This document shows positions 36,327 through 46,674 of a stretch of DNA of 64,000 nucleotides, one piece after another. The notes beneath the pieces were generated by a model that ran no database searches, was not told the DNA's origin, and saw only the letters and a list, made by a program, of their open reading frames with translations. The position numbers were made by a program, and so were the translations under genes. Numbering within the stretch: position 1 is the first letter of the stretch; the number at the start of each line of letters is the position of its first letter. This DNA is from an uncultured Solirubrobacterales bacterium (GTDB lineage Bacteria > Actinomycetota > Thermoleophilia > Solirubrobacterales > Solirubrobacteraceae), in contig CAWGTI010000005.1 of assembly GCA_963825515.1 (NCBI GenBank), positions 6,396 through 70,395 of the forward strand, given 5' to 3'.

Positions 36327-37391
36327 ATGCCTGCGTCCGAGGCGACGGTCGTCCAAGCCGGTGGCCGGGATGTGCGCGTGTCGAGCCCCGACCGCGTGAT
36401 CTTCCCGAGCACCGAGCGCACGCCCGCCATCACCAAGCTCGACGTCGTGGAGTACTACCTCTCGGTCGAGGACGGGATCATGCGCGCGCTCGCGCGGCGG
36501 CCGACGACGCTCGAGCGCTGGCCGAAGGGCGTGCACCCGGGCATCGTCCTGTCGACGCGCGAGAAGGGCGGCGGCGACGCCTTCTTTCAGAAGCGAGTTC
36601 CGCGGGGGGCACCGGAGTACCTGGAGACCGCGCGGATCGAGTTCCCCTCGGGCCGCCACGCCGACGAGATCTGCCCCACGGAGATCGCCGTCGTCGCCTG
36701 GGCCGCGCAGATGGGCACGATCACGTTCCACCCGTGGCCGGTGCGCAGCGACGACGTCGACCATCCCGACGAGCTGCGGCTCGACCTCGACCCGCAGCCC
36801 GGCACGGACTTCGCCGACGCCGTGCGGGTCGCCGCCGAGGCGCGCGTGCTCCTCGGCGACCTGGGCTACGTCGGGTTCCCCAAGACCTCCGGCGGGCGGG
36901 GGATCCACATCTACGTCCGGATCGAGCCGCGCTGGTCGTTCACCGACGTCCGCCACGCCGCCATCGCCTTCGGCCGCGAGCTCGAGCGGCGCCTGCCCGG
37001 CGAGGTGACGACGAAGTGGTGGAAGGAGGAGCGCGGCGAGCGGATCTTCGTCGACTACAACCAGAACGCCCGCGACCGCACGATCGCCTCCGCCTACAGC
37101 GTGCGGCCCAAGCCCGGTGCGCCCGTGTCCGCGCCCGTGACCTGGGACGAGCTGGCGGGCGTCGCCCCCGAGGACTTCACCGTCGCGACGATGCCCGCTC
37201 GCTTCGCGGAGGTCGGCGACCGCCACGCCGCGATCGACGACGTCGCTCACTCGCTGCAGCCGCTGCTGGACCTCTACGAGCGCGACGAGGCGCAGGGCAG
37301 CGGCGACATGCCCTATCCGCCCGACTATCCGAAGATGCCGGGCGAGCCCAAGCGCGTGCAGCCCTCGCGCGATCGCGATCGCAAGCAGTAG
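36327..37391 (+). CDS. Stand-alone LigD-type NHEJ polymerase/primase domain protein
   Basis: ATG at codon 20 of ORF 36270..37391. HPWP...DELRLDLDP...FPKTSGGRGIHIYV...VDYNQNARDRT. Confidence 0.9.
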   Translation: MPASEATVVQAGGRDVRVSSPDRVIFPSTERTPAITKLDVVEYYLSVEDGIMRALARRPTTLERWPKGVHPGIVLSTREKGGGDAFFQKRVPRGAPEYLETARIEFPSGRHADEICPTEIAVVAWAAQMGTITFHPWPVRSDDVDHPDELRLDLDPQPGTDFADAVRVAAEARVLLGDLGYVGFPKTSGGRGIHIYVRIEPRWSFTDVRHAAIAFGRELERRLPGEVTTKWWKEERGERIFVDYNQNARDRTIASAYSVRPKPGAPVSAPVTWDELAGVAPEDFTVATMPARFAEVGDRHAAIDDVAHSLQPLLDLYERDEAQGSGDMPYPPDYPKMPGEPKRVQPSRDRDRKQ

Positions 37392-37434
37392 CCGCGGGCG
37401 GTGCGCCGGCGTGCGGGCGCGCCGGTCTCGGCGG

Positions 37435-38310
37435 TCACGGGGCCTGCGGCAGCCGCTTCGCGCCGCGCCTGGCCCGCGGAGCGGAGGGCGGCGGCACGAC
37501 CGGCCCGATGTCCCCGTCGGGGGCCTCGTCGAGATCGACGATCACCGGCGCATGGTCGCTGGGCCCGCTGCCCTTGCGCGCGTGGCGGTCGACCCATGCG
37601 GCCTGAACCCGTTCCGCAACGGGCGCGCCCGCGAGGATGAGGTCGATCCGCATCCCGAGGTCCTGGTGGAACATGCCGGCGCGGTAGTCCCAGTACGTGA
37701 ACAGCCGCTCGTGGTCCGGCCACCGGTCGCGCACGACGTCGCGCAGGCCGACCGCCTGCAGCTCGGCGAGCGCGGCGCGCTCCGGCGCCGTCACGTGGGT
37801 CTCGCCGACGTAGGCGTCGGGGTCGAACACGTCGTCGTCGGTCGGCGCGATGTTCATGTCGCCGCAGACGACGGCCCGCTCCGGGTCGGCGGCCACCATC
37901 TCGCGCAGCGAGTCCAGCCACGCGAGCTTGTAGCGGTAGTGCTCGGAGTCGGGCGTGCGCCCGTTGGGCACGTAGACCGAGGTCACCCGGAGCCCCTCGC
38001 AGGTGGCCGACACCGCGCGCGCCTCGGGATGCGGGAACCCCGGCCCGCCGGGAAGGCCCGCGACGACGTCGTCCAGCCCGACGTGCGAGAGGATCGCCAC
38101 GCCGTTCCACGTCGCCTCCCCGTGCGCCGCCACCTCGTAGCCACGGCCGGCCAGCTCCTCACCGAGCAACGCGGCGAAGGCGTCGTCGGCCAGCTTGGTC
38201 TCCTGCAGGCACACGACGTCCGGCCGGCGCTCGTCCAGCCAGGCCAGCAACCTGGGCATGCGCTGCTTGGCCGAGTTGACGTTCCACGTCGCGATGCGCA
38301 CGCAGGGCAC
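37435..38310 (-). CDS. xthA: Exodeoxyribonuclease III
   Basis: 291 aa; VRIATWNVNS, VVCLQETK, GDMNIAP, SDHAPV. Confidence 0.9.
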   Translation of the reverse strand: MPCVRIATWNVNSAKQRMPRLLAWLDERRPDVVCLQETKLADDAFAALLGEELAGRGYEVAAHGEATWNGVAILSHVGLDDVVAGLPGGPGFPHPEARAVSATCEGLRVTSVYVPNGRTPDSEHYRYKLAWLDSLREMVAADPERAVVCGDMNIAPTDDDVFDPDAYVGETHVTAPERAALAELQAVGLRDVVRDRWPDHERLFTYWDYRAGMFHQDLGMRIDLILAGAPVAERVQAAWVDRHARKGSGPSDHAPVIVDLDEAPDGDIGPVVPPPSAPRARRGAKRLPQAP

Positions 38311-38556
38311 GGTACCCGTGCGGGCGCACGGGGTTGCGCCTCCGGCGGTCGTCGGGCTGAACGAGCGAGCCGCGAGACGACGCGCGTTTCACTTGACGAC
38401 CGTCGTGCGGCCTGCCGTGGGGTGCATCACCGCTGCATCCAAGGCGATAGGGCACTCTGCGGGCTGGGCCCGCCTGGCTGCTCAGATGCATGGAAGGGGG
38501 TAGTGGCCCGACGGCCGCGCGGCGCGACTGCTCCTCGCGCGAAGGAGGAGCGTGGC

Positions 38557-38579
38557 GCCAGGCGATAATCGCGCCTGGC
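38557..38579 (-). terminator. 8-bp hairpin 14 nt downstream of the VOC gene stop (possible terminator, no U-tract)
   Basis: gccaggcg-ataatcg-cgcctggc. Confidence 0.3.
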
Positions 38580-38592
38580 CCACCGGCTTCGA

Positions 38593-39000
38593 CTAGCCCC
38601 GGGCAGATATTTGTTGCACGGCCCACCCGTTTCCGTCGGGGTCGCTGAAGAAGACGAACCCGACGTTGTCGAGCGGATCTGCCTCTGGGGCGGGGTTCTC
38701 GCCCAAGACCTGGATCTCGGTGACCCCCACTCCTCGCTCCGCAAGCTGAGCACGCGCCGCCTGGATATCTGGAACGACCAGCTGCAGACCCCTGAGGGAG
38801 CCCGGTTGCATGTCCGCGACAGACGCCTCACGCACCACGATCGAACATCCTGACCCGGGAGGCGTGAGCTGAACGACGCGGTTCCCCTCGATGATCTCGA
38901 CGTCGTGGTCGACGTTGAAGCCGAGTTGCTCGGCGTAGAAGGCCTTGGCGCGGTCCACGTCCGAGACCGGGACGACGACCACTTCGAGCGTCCAATTCAT
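38593..39000 (-). CDS. VOC/glyoxalase family protein
   Basis: 135 aa; VVVPVSDVDRAKAFYAEQLGF...FFSDPDGNGWAVQQ. Codon usage is noticeably less GC-rich than the flanks. Confidence 0.85.
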   Translation of the reverse strand: MNWTLEVVVVPVSDVDRAKAFYAEQLGFNVDHDVEIIEGNRVVQLTPPGSGCSIVVREASVADMQPGSLRGLQLVVPDIQAARAQLAERGVGVTEIQVLGENPAPEADPLDNVGFVFFSDPDGNGWAVQQISARG

Positions 39001-39308
39001 GAAGCGTCTCCTGTGTTGTCGTGTTGACCCGACAGCGGTGGTCGGGCCGCCTGGATACGAGACCCGAGGAGCTCGATGAATTCATCGCTAGGGTCCCGCT
39101 ACTCCCTTCGCGTGAAGGCACGCGTCGCGCCGAAGCGCAACCCGCTACAGCCTCGGACGAAACAGCGGCAGCCAAAGCGAGCACCGGAACACCCGTGGCC
39201 GGGCTGCTGCTTCGAAGGCAGAAGCGGTACTGGTGGGCGCACGGTCCAGGCCGCGATCCGAAGTACAGCGGCGGTCCGCCGCGACACCGATCAGAGTCGT
39301 TTGGCAGT

Positions 39309-39620
39309 GTGGCAGTTTCGATCCCTGTGATCGCTCCAGGACAGGTCTCCTGGGTGCTGCGAAGCTTGATCGGCGCCTCCGGCCTCGACGCGCTGTATTG
39401 GGCGCTGCTCTCCAGTGCCGCTGGCTACCTCGGCGTGGTCCTCGCGTTTGGCCGACGGGATCGCCGCGATTGCATGGCGGCACCGGCGCGGAAACGGTCT
39501 CGACGCTTCCGCGTAGAAGCCTCGAGCGGCGGTCGGCCTCAGGCGAAAGCAGGTTGGCCGTCGCGAGCCCTGATGCGGTCGAGCCTAGGCGGGCTGGACG
39601 ACTCGTCGGGGCAGAGCTGA
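39309..39620 (+). CDS. Possible small two-TM membrane protein (weak call)
   Basis: GTG at codon 97 of ORF 39021..39620. Only the hydrophobic stretch VSWVLRSLIGASGLDALYWALLSSAAGYLGVVLAFG shows high GC3. Confidence 0.25.
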   Translation: MAVSIPVIAPGQVSWVLRSLIGASGLDALYWALLSSAAGYLGVVLAFGRRDRRDCMAAPARKRSRRFRVEASSGGRPQAKAGWPSRALMRSSLGGLDDSSGQS

Positions 39621-40020
39621 TCCAGACGCTGGCGGGTGGTCTCCCCGCAGCACGTCGGGGTCGAGATCGACGTCGCCGGGCCATACCACGCTGCCGAACG
39701 CGCGGTCCACGGCGACGGCCTCGAAGACGTCGCGGTCATCACGGATCGACGCGAACACGCCGCCGAGCTGCAGCAGCCCGGCCAGATCGACATCGTGCAC
39801 CGCCCCGTCGCCGGCAACGAGCTCCTCGCGATGAATCGACGCCCATTCTCGCACCATCCGCAACGCCCGCTCCGGCAGCTCGCCGCGAATGACCTCGCCC
39901 ACCGCGCCGACGGCGGCAAGGTCGTCGCGCGCGAGCGCTTCCCCCCATCGCCTGAGGGTGGCCGGCGACTTGATCCCCTACGTCGCGATCCTCGCGAGAA
40001 GCGCCCGAACAGCAAGGTAA
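39585..40020 (-). pseudogene. Decayed DUF4160 / DUF2442 gene pair fused by deletion
   Basis: ORF 39585..39902 joins a DUF4160-like C-terminus (GEVIRGELPERALRMVREWASIHREEL) in-frame to a DUF2442-like core (DGAVHDVDLAGLLQLGGVFASIRDDRDVFEAVAVDRAFGSVVWPGDVDLDPDVL). The DUF4160 N-terminus upstream is in another frame with an in-frame stop and HxH positions mutated (GDQVAGHPQA). Confidence 0.5.
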
Positions 40021-40030
40021 CGTGTAGGCC

Positions 40031-40213
40031 ATGCCATACGACCCGACGAAAGTGATGCCGGCGCCGCCGCGGTACCAGCCCGTCGACGTCGCGCCCGGCG
40101 AGCCCGGCGAGAAGCAGGCACCCGTGTTCGACGACGACAACCCGCCCACGTTCAAGGACTTCGTCAAGGCCGCCCATCGGGCGCGCAAGGGCCTCAAGGC
40201 GCTCAAGCCCTGA
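40031..40213 (+). CDS. Small hypothetical protein (60 aa, Pro/Asp-rich, basic C-terminus)
   Basis: ATG start; nearly every codon ends in G/C. MPYDPTKVMPAPPRYQPVDV...FKDFVKAAHRARKGLKALKP. Confidence 0.6.
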   Translation: MPYDPTKVMPAPPRYQPVDVAPGEPGEKQAPVFDDDNPPTFKDFVKAAHRARKGLKALKP

Positions 40214-40246
40214 CGGGCGCGACCGCCGCGCCGGAGATTCACACGC

Positions 40247-41455
40247 CTACTGGATCGCGTCGTACACCTTGAACATCGGCAGGTACATCGAGATCACGAT
40301 GAAGCCGACGACGCTGCCGACGATCACGATCATGGCGGGCTCGAGGATCGAGGTCAGGGACTTGACGGCGGTCTCGACCTCGTCCTCGTAGAACTCGGCG
40401 ACCTTGCCCAGCATGGTCTCCATGGCGCCGGTCTCCTCGCCGACGCTGATCATGTGGGTGACCATCGCGGGGAAGACGGGGCTGTCCTTCAGCGGCTCGG
40501 AGATCGTGCCGCCGCGCTTGACGCTGTCCAGGACGGCGTCCATGGCCTTCTCGACGACCGAGTTGCCGGCGGTCTTGCCGGTGATCGTGATCGCCTCGAG
40601 GATCGGGACGCCGGCGGAGGTCAGGGCGGCCAGGGTGCGCGACCAGCGCGCGAGCGAGACCTTCTGGACGATCTCGCCGATCTTGAAGGGGATGCGCATG
40701 CGCAGCCTGTCCCACTGCGGGCGCCCCCAGGAGGACTTGCGCCACTTCTGGAAGGCGACGACGGTCCCCGCGAAGCCCAGAAGCCAGACGTACCAGTAGG
40801 TCGTCAGGCCGCTGGAGACGGCCATGGTGAACTTGGTGATCGTCGGCAGCTCGGCGTCGAACTCCTCGAAGATGTCGGCGAACACCGGCACGATGAACGC
40901 GATCAGGGCGAGCAGGACGACGACCGCGAAGCTCAGGACGACGGCGGGGTAGACCATCGCGCTGCGCACCTTGCGGCGCAGGCGGTCGTCGGCCTCGAGC
41001 TGGTCGGCCACGCGCTGCAGCGAGCTCTCGAGCAGGCCGCCGCTCTCCCCCGCCTCCACCATCGACACGTACAGCGGGTTGAAGACCTTGGGGTGCCGGC
41101 GCAGCGCGCCCGACAGCGAGAGCCCCGCCTCGACGTCCTTGCGGACCTGGACGAGCGTGGCCTTGAGCTTCTTGTTCTCGGTCTGGTCCTCCAGGACGTA
41201 GAGCGTCTTGAGCAGCGTCAGGCCCGAGGAGACCATCGTCGAGAGCTGGCGGGTCATGATCGTCAGCTCGCTGGCCTTGATGCGCTGCAGGCGGCTGAGG
41301 TCGATCTCGCGCGACTTCGTCTTGTCGACGATGTCCAGCACGATCAGCCCGCGGGTCTTGAGCTGGTCGGCGACGCCCTGCTTGGACTCGGCGGAGACCT
41401 CGCCCCGCGACGGGGCGCCGGTCGCGTCGACGGCGCGGAAGACGTAGGTGGTCAT
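40247..41455 (-). CDS. pilC: Type IV pilus platform protein PilC (GspF family)
   Basis: 402 aa. Two GspF repeats (LTIMTRQLSTMVSSGLTLLKTL ... LARWSRTLAALTSAGVPILEAI). Confidence 0.95.
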   Translation of the reverse strand: MTTYVFRAVDATGAPSRGEVSAESKQGVADQLKTRGLIVLDIVDKTKSREIDLSRLQRIKASELTIMTRQLSTMVSSGLTLLKTLYVLEDQTENKKLKATLVQVRKDVEAGLSLSGALRRHPKVFNPLYVSMVEAGESGGLLESSLQRVADQLEADDRLRRKVRSAMVYPAVVLSFAVVVLLALIAFIVPVFADIFEEFDAELPTITKFTMAVSSGLTTYWYVWLLGFAGTVVAFQKWRKSSWGRPQWDRLRMRIPFKIGEIVQKVSLARWSRTLAALTSAGVPILEAITITGKTAGNSVVEKAMDAVLDSVKRGGTISEPLKDSPVFPAMVTHMISVGEETGAMETMLGKVAEFYEDEVETAVKSLTSILEPAMIVIVGSVVGFIVISMYLPMFKVYDAIQ

Positions 41456-42669
41456 CGCTCGGCTCCTCCTGCGGGAGAGGTCTCGTCACGGGGTGGCGCG
41501 GCGAGCATGGCGGCCGCGGTCGCCCCGCCCTCGGCGTGGCCGTTGGCCTCCATTCCGTTGCTCCCGCCGCCGCCGTTGCCGTTGGCGCCGACGGCGCCGA
41601 CGGCGCCCTCGCCCAGCAGCCGGCGCAGCTCGTCGGGCGTGCTGGAGCGCGCCTCGGCCAGCGTGCGGGTGATGGTTCCCGCGCGGACGAGGGTGGCCAG
41701 CGCGGCGTCCATGGTCTGCATCCCGAACTGCGAGCCGGTCTGCATGACCGAGTAGATCTGGTGGGTCTTGCCCTCGCGGATCAGGTTGCGCACGGCGGGC
41801 GTGGGCACGAGCACCTCGCACGCCACGCAGCGCCCGGCGCCGTCGGCGGTGGGCAGCAGCTGCTGGGTCATGATGCCCTGCAGCGCGACCGAGAGCTGCA
41901 CGCGGATCTGCGCCTGCTGGGCGGACGGGAACACGTCGATGATCCGGTCGATCGTCTGCGGCGCGTCCTGGGTGTGCAGCGTGGCGAACACGAGATGGCC
42001 GGTCTCCGCCGCGGTCACGGCGGTGGCGATCGTCTCGGTGTCGCGCATCTCGCCGACGAGGATCACGTCGGGGTCCTGGCGCAGCGCGGCCTTCAGGCCC
42101 AGCGCGAAGGTCACCGCGTCGGCGCCGAGCTCGCGCTGGTTGACGACGCAGCGCTTGTGCCCGTGCAGGAACTCGATCGGGTCCTCGATGGTGAGGATGT
42201 GCTCGTCGCGCGTGTCGTTGATCTCGTCGACCATCGCGGCCAGCGACGTGGACTTGCCCGACCCCGTCGGTCCGGTGACCAGGACCAGGCCGCGCGGGCG
42301 GCGGGTGAACTCGTGGACGACCGGCGGGAGCCCGAGCGTGTCGATCGGCGTGATCGCCTCGGGGATGAGCCGGAACGCGGCGCTGATCGCGGCGCGCTGG
42401 AAGTAGGCGTTGACGCGGAAGCGCGCGCGACCGGGGATCGAGTAGGCGAAGTCCAGCTGCCAGTCGGTCTCCAGGCGCTGACGCTGGCCGCTGGAGAGGA
42501 TCGAGTAGACGATCTCCCGCGTGTCCTCGGGCGTGAGAACCGGGTAGCGGTCCAGCGCCACGAGCTTGCCGCGGATGCGGATCGTGGGCTGCGCCCCCGC
42601 GGTGATGTGGAGGTCGGACGCGTTGCGGTCCACGACCTCGGTGAGGATGTCTGCGAAATCGATGCTCAT
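41452..42669 (-). CDS. pilT: Twitching-motility retraction ATPase PilT with a ~55-aa Gly/Asn/Ala-rich C-terminal extension
   Basis: ATG at codon 125 of ORF 41452..43041. MSIDFADILTEVVDRNASDLHI, GPTGSGKST, ILVGEMRD, AETGHLVFATLHT. The tail is GAVGAVGANGNGGGGSNGMEANGHAEGG. Confidence 0.95.
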   Translation of the reverse strand: MSIDFADILTEVVDRNASDLHITAGAQPTIRIRGKLVALDRYPVLTPEDTREIVYSILSSGQRQRLETDWQLDFAYSIPGRARFRVNAYFQRAAISAAFRLIPEAITPIDTLGLPPVVHEFTRRPRGLVLVTGPTGSGKSTSLAAMVDEINDTRDEHILTIEDPIEFLHGHKRCVVNQRELGADAVTFALGLKAALRQDPDVILVGEMRDTETIATAVTAAETGHLVFATLHTQDAPQTIDRIIDVFPSAQQAQIRVQLSVALQGIMTQQLLPTADGAGRCVACEVLVPTPAVRNLIREGKTHQIYSVMQTGSQFGMQTMDAALATLVRAGTITRTLAEARSSTPDELRRLLGEGAVGAVGANGNGGGGSNGMEANGHAEGGATAAAMLAAPPRDETSPAGGAER

Positions 42670-42722
42670 GTGCTCGCTCCCTGTCTCGACCGGCGGCGCC
42701 GCGGGCTGTAGCCCGGGGTGCC

Positions 42723-44481
<1,759 letters not shown>

Positions 44482-44495
<14 letters not shown>

Positions 44496-45078
44496 GGGCG
44501 TCCGCCACGGCCTGGTCGAGCTCCGAGGTCACCGTGTAGCCCGCGATGGCCTGGGCGCGGCGCTCGCGATCGATGACGAGGGTGGTCGGGCTCTGGGCGA
44601 TGCGGACGCCGTTGGTGATCGGCGCGTACGCGCCCAGCCGCGACAGGCGCTCGACGACGACCTGGACCTTGCCACCGAGGCGGTCCACGCGGGCGGCCGC
44701 GCGGCGGGCCGCGCGGTCGTCCGGGGAGCGGCCGTCCCAGAAGAGCAGGACGACGGTGCGTCCCTGGTCCAGGGCCGCCAGGACGCGCGCGGCGCGCCGG
44801 GCGGAGGCGGGGTCCACGTCGGCCTTCGCAGGCTTGGCGGTGGAGTCCGTGGCGGGAGTGCGGGGGTCCGCGGCGCTGGACTGCTGCTGGGCGGCGGGAG
44901 CGTTGGCCTCCTCGGTCGAGGGGCGCAGCGCGACGAGCCACAGGCACAGCAGACAGATCGTGGCGACGAGACCGGCGAGAAGAGGCTTGCTCAGCTGATC
45001 CACGGGGGCTGCTTCGGCTCTCCGGCGCGCCGCCTTGAGCGCCGTCCAGAGAACCTGGCCACCCGGGTGCGCGAACAT
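44482..45078 (-). CDS. Membrane-anchored protein with a thioredoxin-like fold lacking CxxC. First gene of the pilB block.
   Basis: 198 aa. TM segment LLAGLVATICLLCLWLVAL, then VVLLFWDGRSPDD where the TlpA/ResA families carry WCxxC. It overlaps the pilB start by 14 nt. Confidence 0.6.
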
Positions 45079-45084
45079 CAGCGG

Positions 45085-45567
45085 ATGAACCGGCGCGTAA
45101 TGGTGGTCCTGCTGACGTTCCTGGTGTTCTGGTCGGCGATCGCGCTGCTCTCCCCGCGCGACGAGACGGCGGTCAAGCCACCGCCGGCGCCGCCCGGCGG
45201 CGCGGCCCGGGGGGACGACCGGCCCGAGATCCAGGCCGAGAAGGGCGTGGTGGTCGGCGAACTGCCCCGCAACGAGGTGATCCGCGCCCAGGTGGGCGAC
45301 ATCGTCGAGCTGAGCGTGACGTCCGACCGCCCGGACAGCGTCGAGATCGAGGCGCTGAGCCTCACCGACGCGGTCGACCGCGGCGCGCCTGCCCGCTTCT
45401 CCTTCCTCGCGACGGAGCCCGCGAGCGCGTTGGTGCGCTACACCGTGGCGGGCAAGGTCGCCGGGCGGCTGGTGATCACGATGAAGGAGGGGACTGCGCG
45501 AGCCGCGCGGCCTGAGCGTCGTGCCCGGGGATCGGATGACCGCTCCCCTCGCACCACGGGCAGGTGA
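45085..45567 (+). CDS. Small secreted protein, cupredoxin-like beta domain without obvious metal ligands
   Basis: ATG at codon 237 of ORF 44377..45567. Signal VMVVLLTFLVFWSAIALLS, then GDIVELSVTSDRPDSVEIEAL...GRLVI. The last ~30 codons overlap the convergent gene. Confidence 0.55.
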   Translation: MNRRVMVVLLTFLVFWSAIALLSPRDETAVKPPPAPPGGAARGDDRPEIQAEKGVVVGELPRNEVIRAQVGDIVELSVTSDRPDSVEIEALSLTDAVDRGAPARFSFLATEPASALVRYTVAGKVAGRLVITMKEGTARAARPERRARGSDDRSPRTTGR

Positions 45568-45667
45568 CCGGCTGCGGGGTGCCCCCGAGGCCGGAGATGA
45601 CCTTGCCCGTCCCGCGGCAGGGCGGGCAGGTCTGCTGGGGGGTCTCGCTGGTGTCCTCGGCGCCCAT
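45476..45667 (-). CDS. Small zinc-ribbon protein with two DnaJ-type CxxCxGxG motifs
   Basis: 63 aa with high GC3; CPPCRGTGKV ... CPWCEGSGH. Confidence 0.65.
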   Translation of the reverse strand: MGAEDTSETPQQTCPPCRGTGKVISGLGGTPQPVTCPWCEGSGHPIPGHDAQAARLAQSPPSS

Positions 45668-45696
45668 CGGCGGCGCAGGCTACCTACAGCTCAGGG

Positions 45697-46566
45697 TCAA
45701 TGTTGCTCGGACCAGACGGAGGCCGTGGCGAACACTGGGATCGTGCACTGCTCGACGAACCCGGCCCGGCGGTAGACGCCGACGGCCCTCTCGGTGGCAT
45801 GGAGCACGACGCGGTTCAAGCCGTGCTCCTTTGCCCGCTGAAGCATCGTCGTGGTCAGTCCGCCGGCGACTCCGCGGCCGCGCACCTCGGGCGACACGAA
45901 CATCCCGTAGATGGAGGCGACACCGGGCGGTCCGGCGAGCGAGAGGAATGCCTTTCCGATCGCCTTCCCGTCCGTGCCGGCCAGGTAGCGGTGTCCGGGC
46001 GCCCGGCCGGGCCCCCAGTGAAGGTGAAGTTCGCGCACGAGGTCCCGCTCCTCCTCCGGGATCTCCCAGTAGCGAGCGGTGAGCTCGCTGTAGGTGTCGA
46101 GCGCGGCGTCGCCGAGCACCTCTTCGAAGGTGACGTCTCTCGGGATGGCGGCTGGTTGCCAGTCTGCAAGGTCCAGTGACATGCAGATCATGCGCTCAAC
46201 GGGTGCCAGTCCGTGCCCGGTGAGCCGGTCGCCGAGGTCGGCTGGGGTCGCGCTGGGGTGGACGACCCAGAAGAACTGGACGTCGCGGGCACGGAATCGC
46301 TCGATCGCTCTCGAGATCGTGGGGCCGGCGGCGCGCTTCTGAAGCCGCGTGCGGATCACGGCGTTGTAGGGAAGATGCCTGATCGGAGTTTCGAACCAGA
46401 GCAGGCCATCCTCGTCGTGCAGCTCGCCCTTTGGCCACCGTCCGAAGTGCGACCACTGAGCGAAGAACGCGTCCTCGATCTCAGCGATGACCTTCACGTC
46501 AGGGCCGATCATCCAGCGCCGCAGGGTATGGGTCAACAGCAGGCAAGAGTGGGCCCGCATCGTCAT
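45697..46566 (-). CDS. GNAT family N-acetyltransferase (two-domain)
   Basis: ORF 45697..46632; the start is uncertain (ATG 46566 or 46512). IYGMFVSPEVRGRGVAGGLTTTMLQRAKEHGLNRVVLHATERAVGVYRRAGF. Confidence 0.8.
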   Translation of the reverse strand: MTMRAHSCLLLTHTLRRWMIGPDVKVIAEIEDAFFAQWSHFGRWPKGELHDEDGLLWFETPIRHLPYNAVIRTRLQKRAAGPTISRAIERFRARDVQFFWVVHPSATPADLGDRLTGHGLAPVERMICMSLDLADWQPAAIPRDVTFEEVLGDAALDTYSELTARYWEIPEEERDLVRELHLHWGPGRAPGHRYLAGTDGKAIGKAFLSLAGPPGVASIYGMFVSPEVRGRGVAGGLTTTMLQRAKEHGLNRVVLHATERAVGVYRRAGFVEQCTIPVFATASVWSEQH

Positions 46567-46674
46567 TCGTGGTCGCCATGGCAACCACTCATCGACGATT
46601 CGCCGCCCGGCTGACCGTCCCCGTCCCCACATCCGCGGTCAGCGCCCGCCGCCGACCGGGAAGTCCGCGACCGT

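Noticed and set aside
39021-39308. The N-terminal 96 codons of ORF 39021..39620.
   Set aside because: Mixed codon usage with many A/T-ending codons, no motifs, and overlap with the tRNA-like string. Only the later hydrophobic part shows a coding-like signal, and even that is weak.
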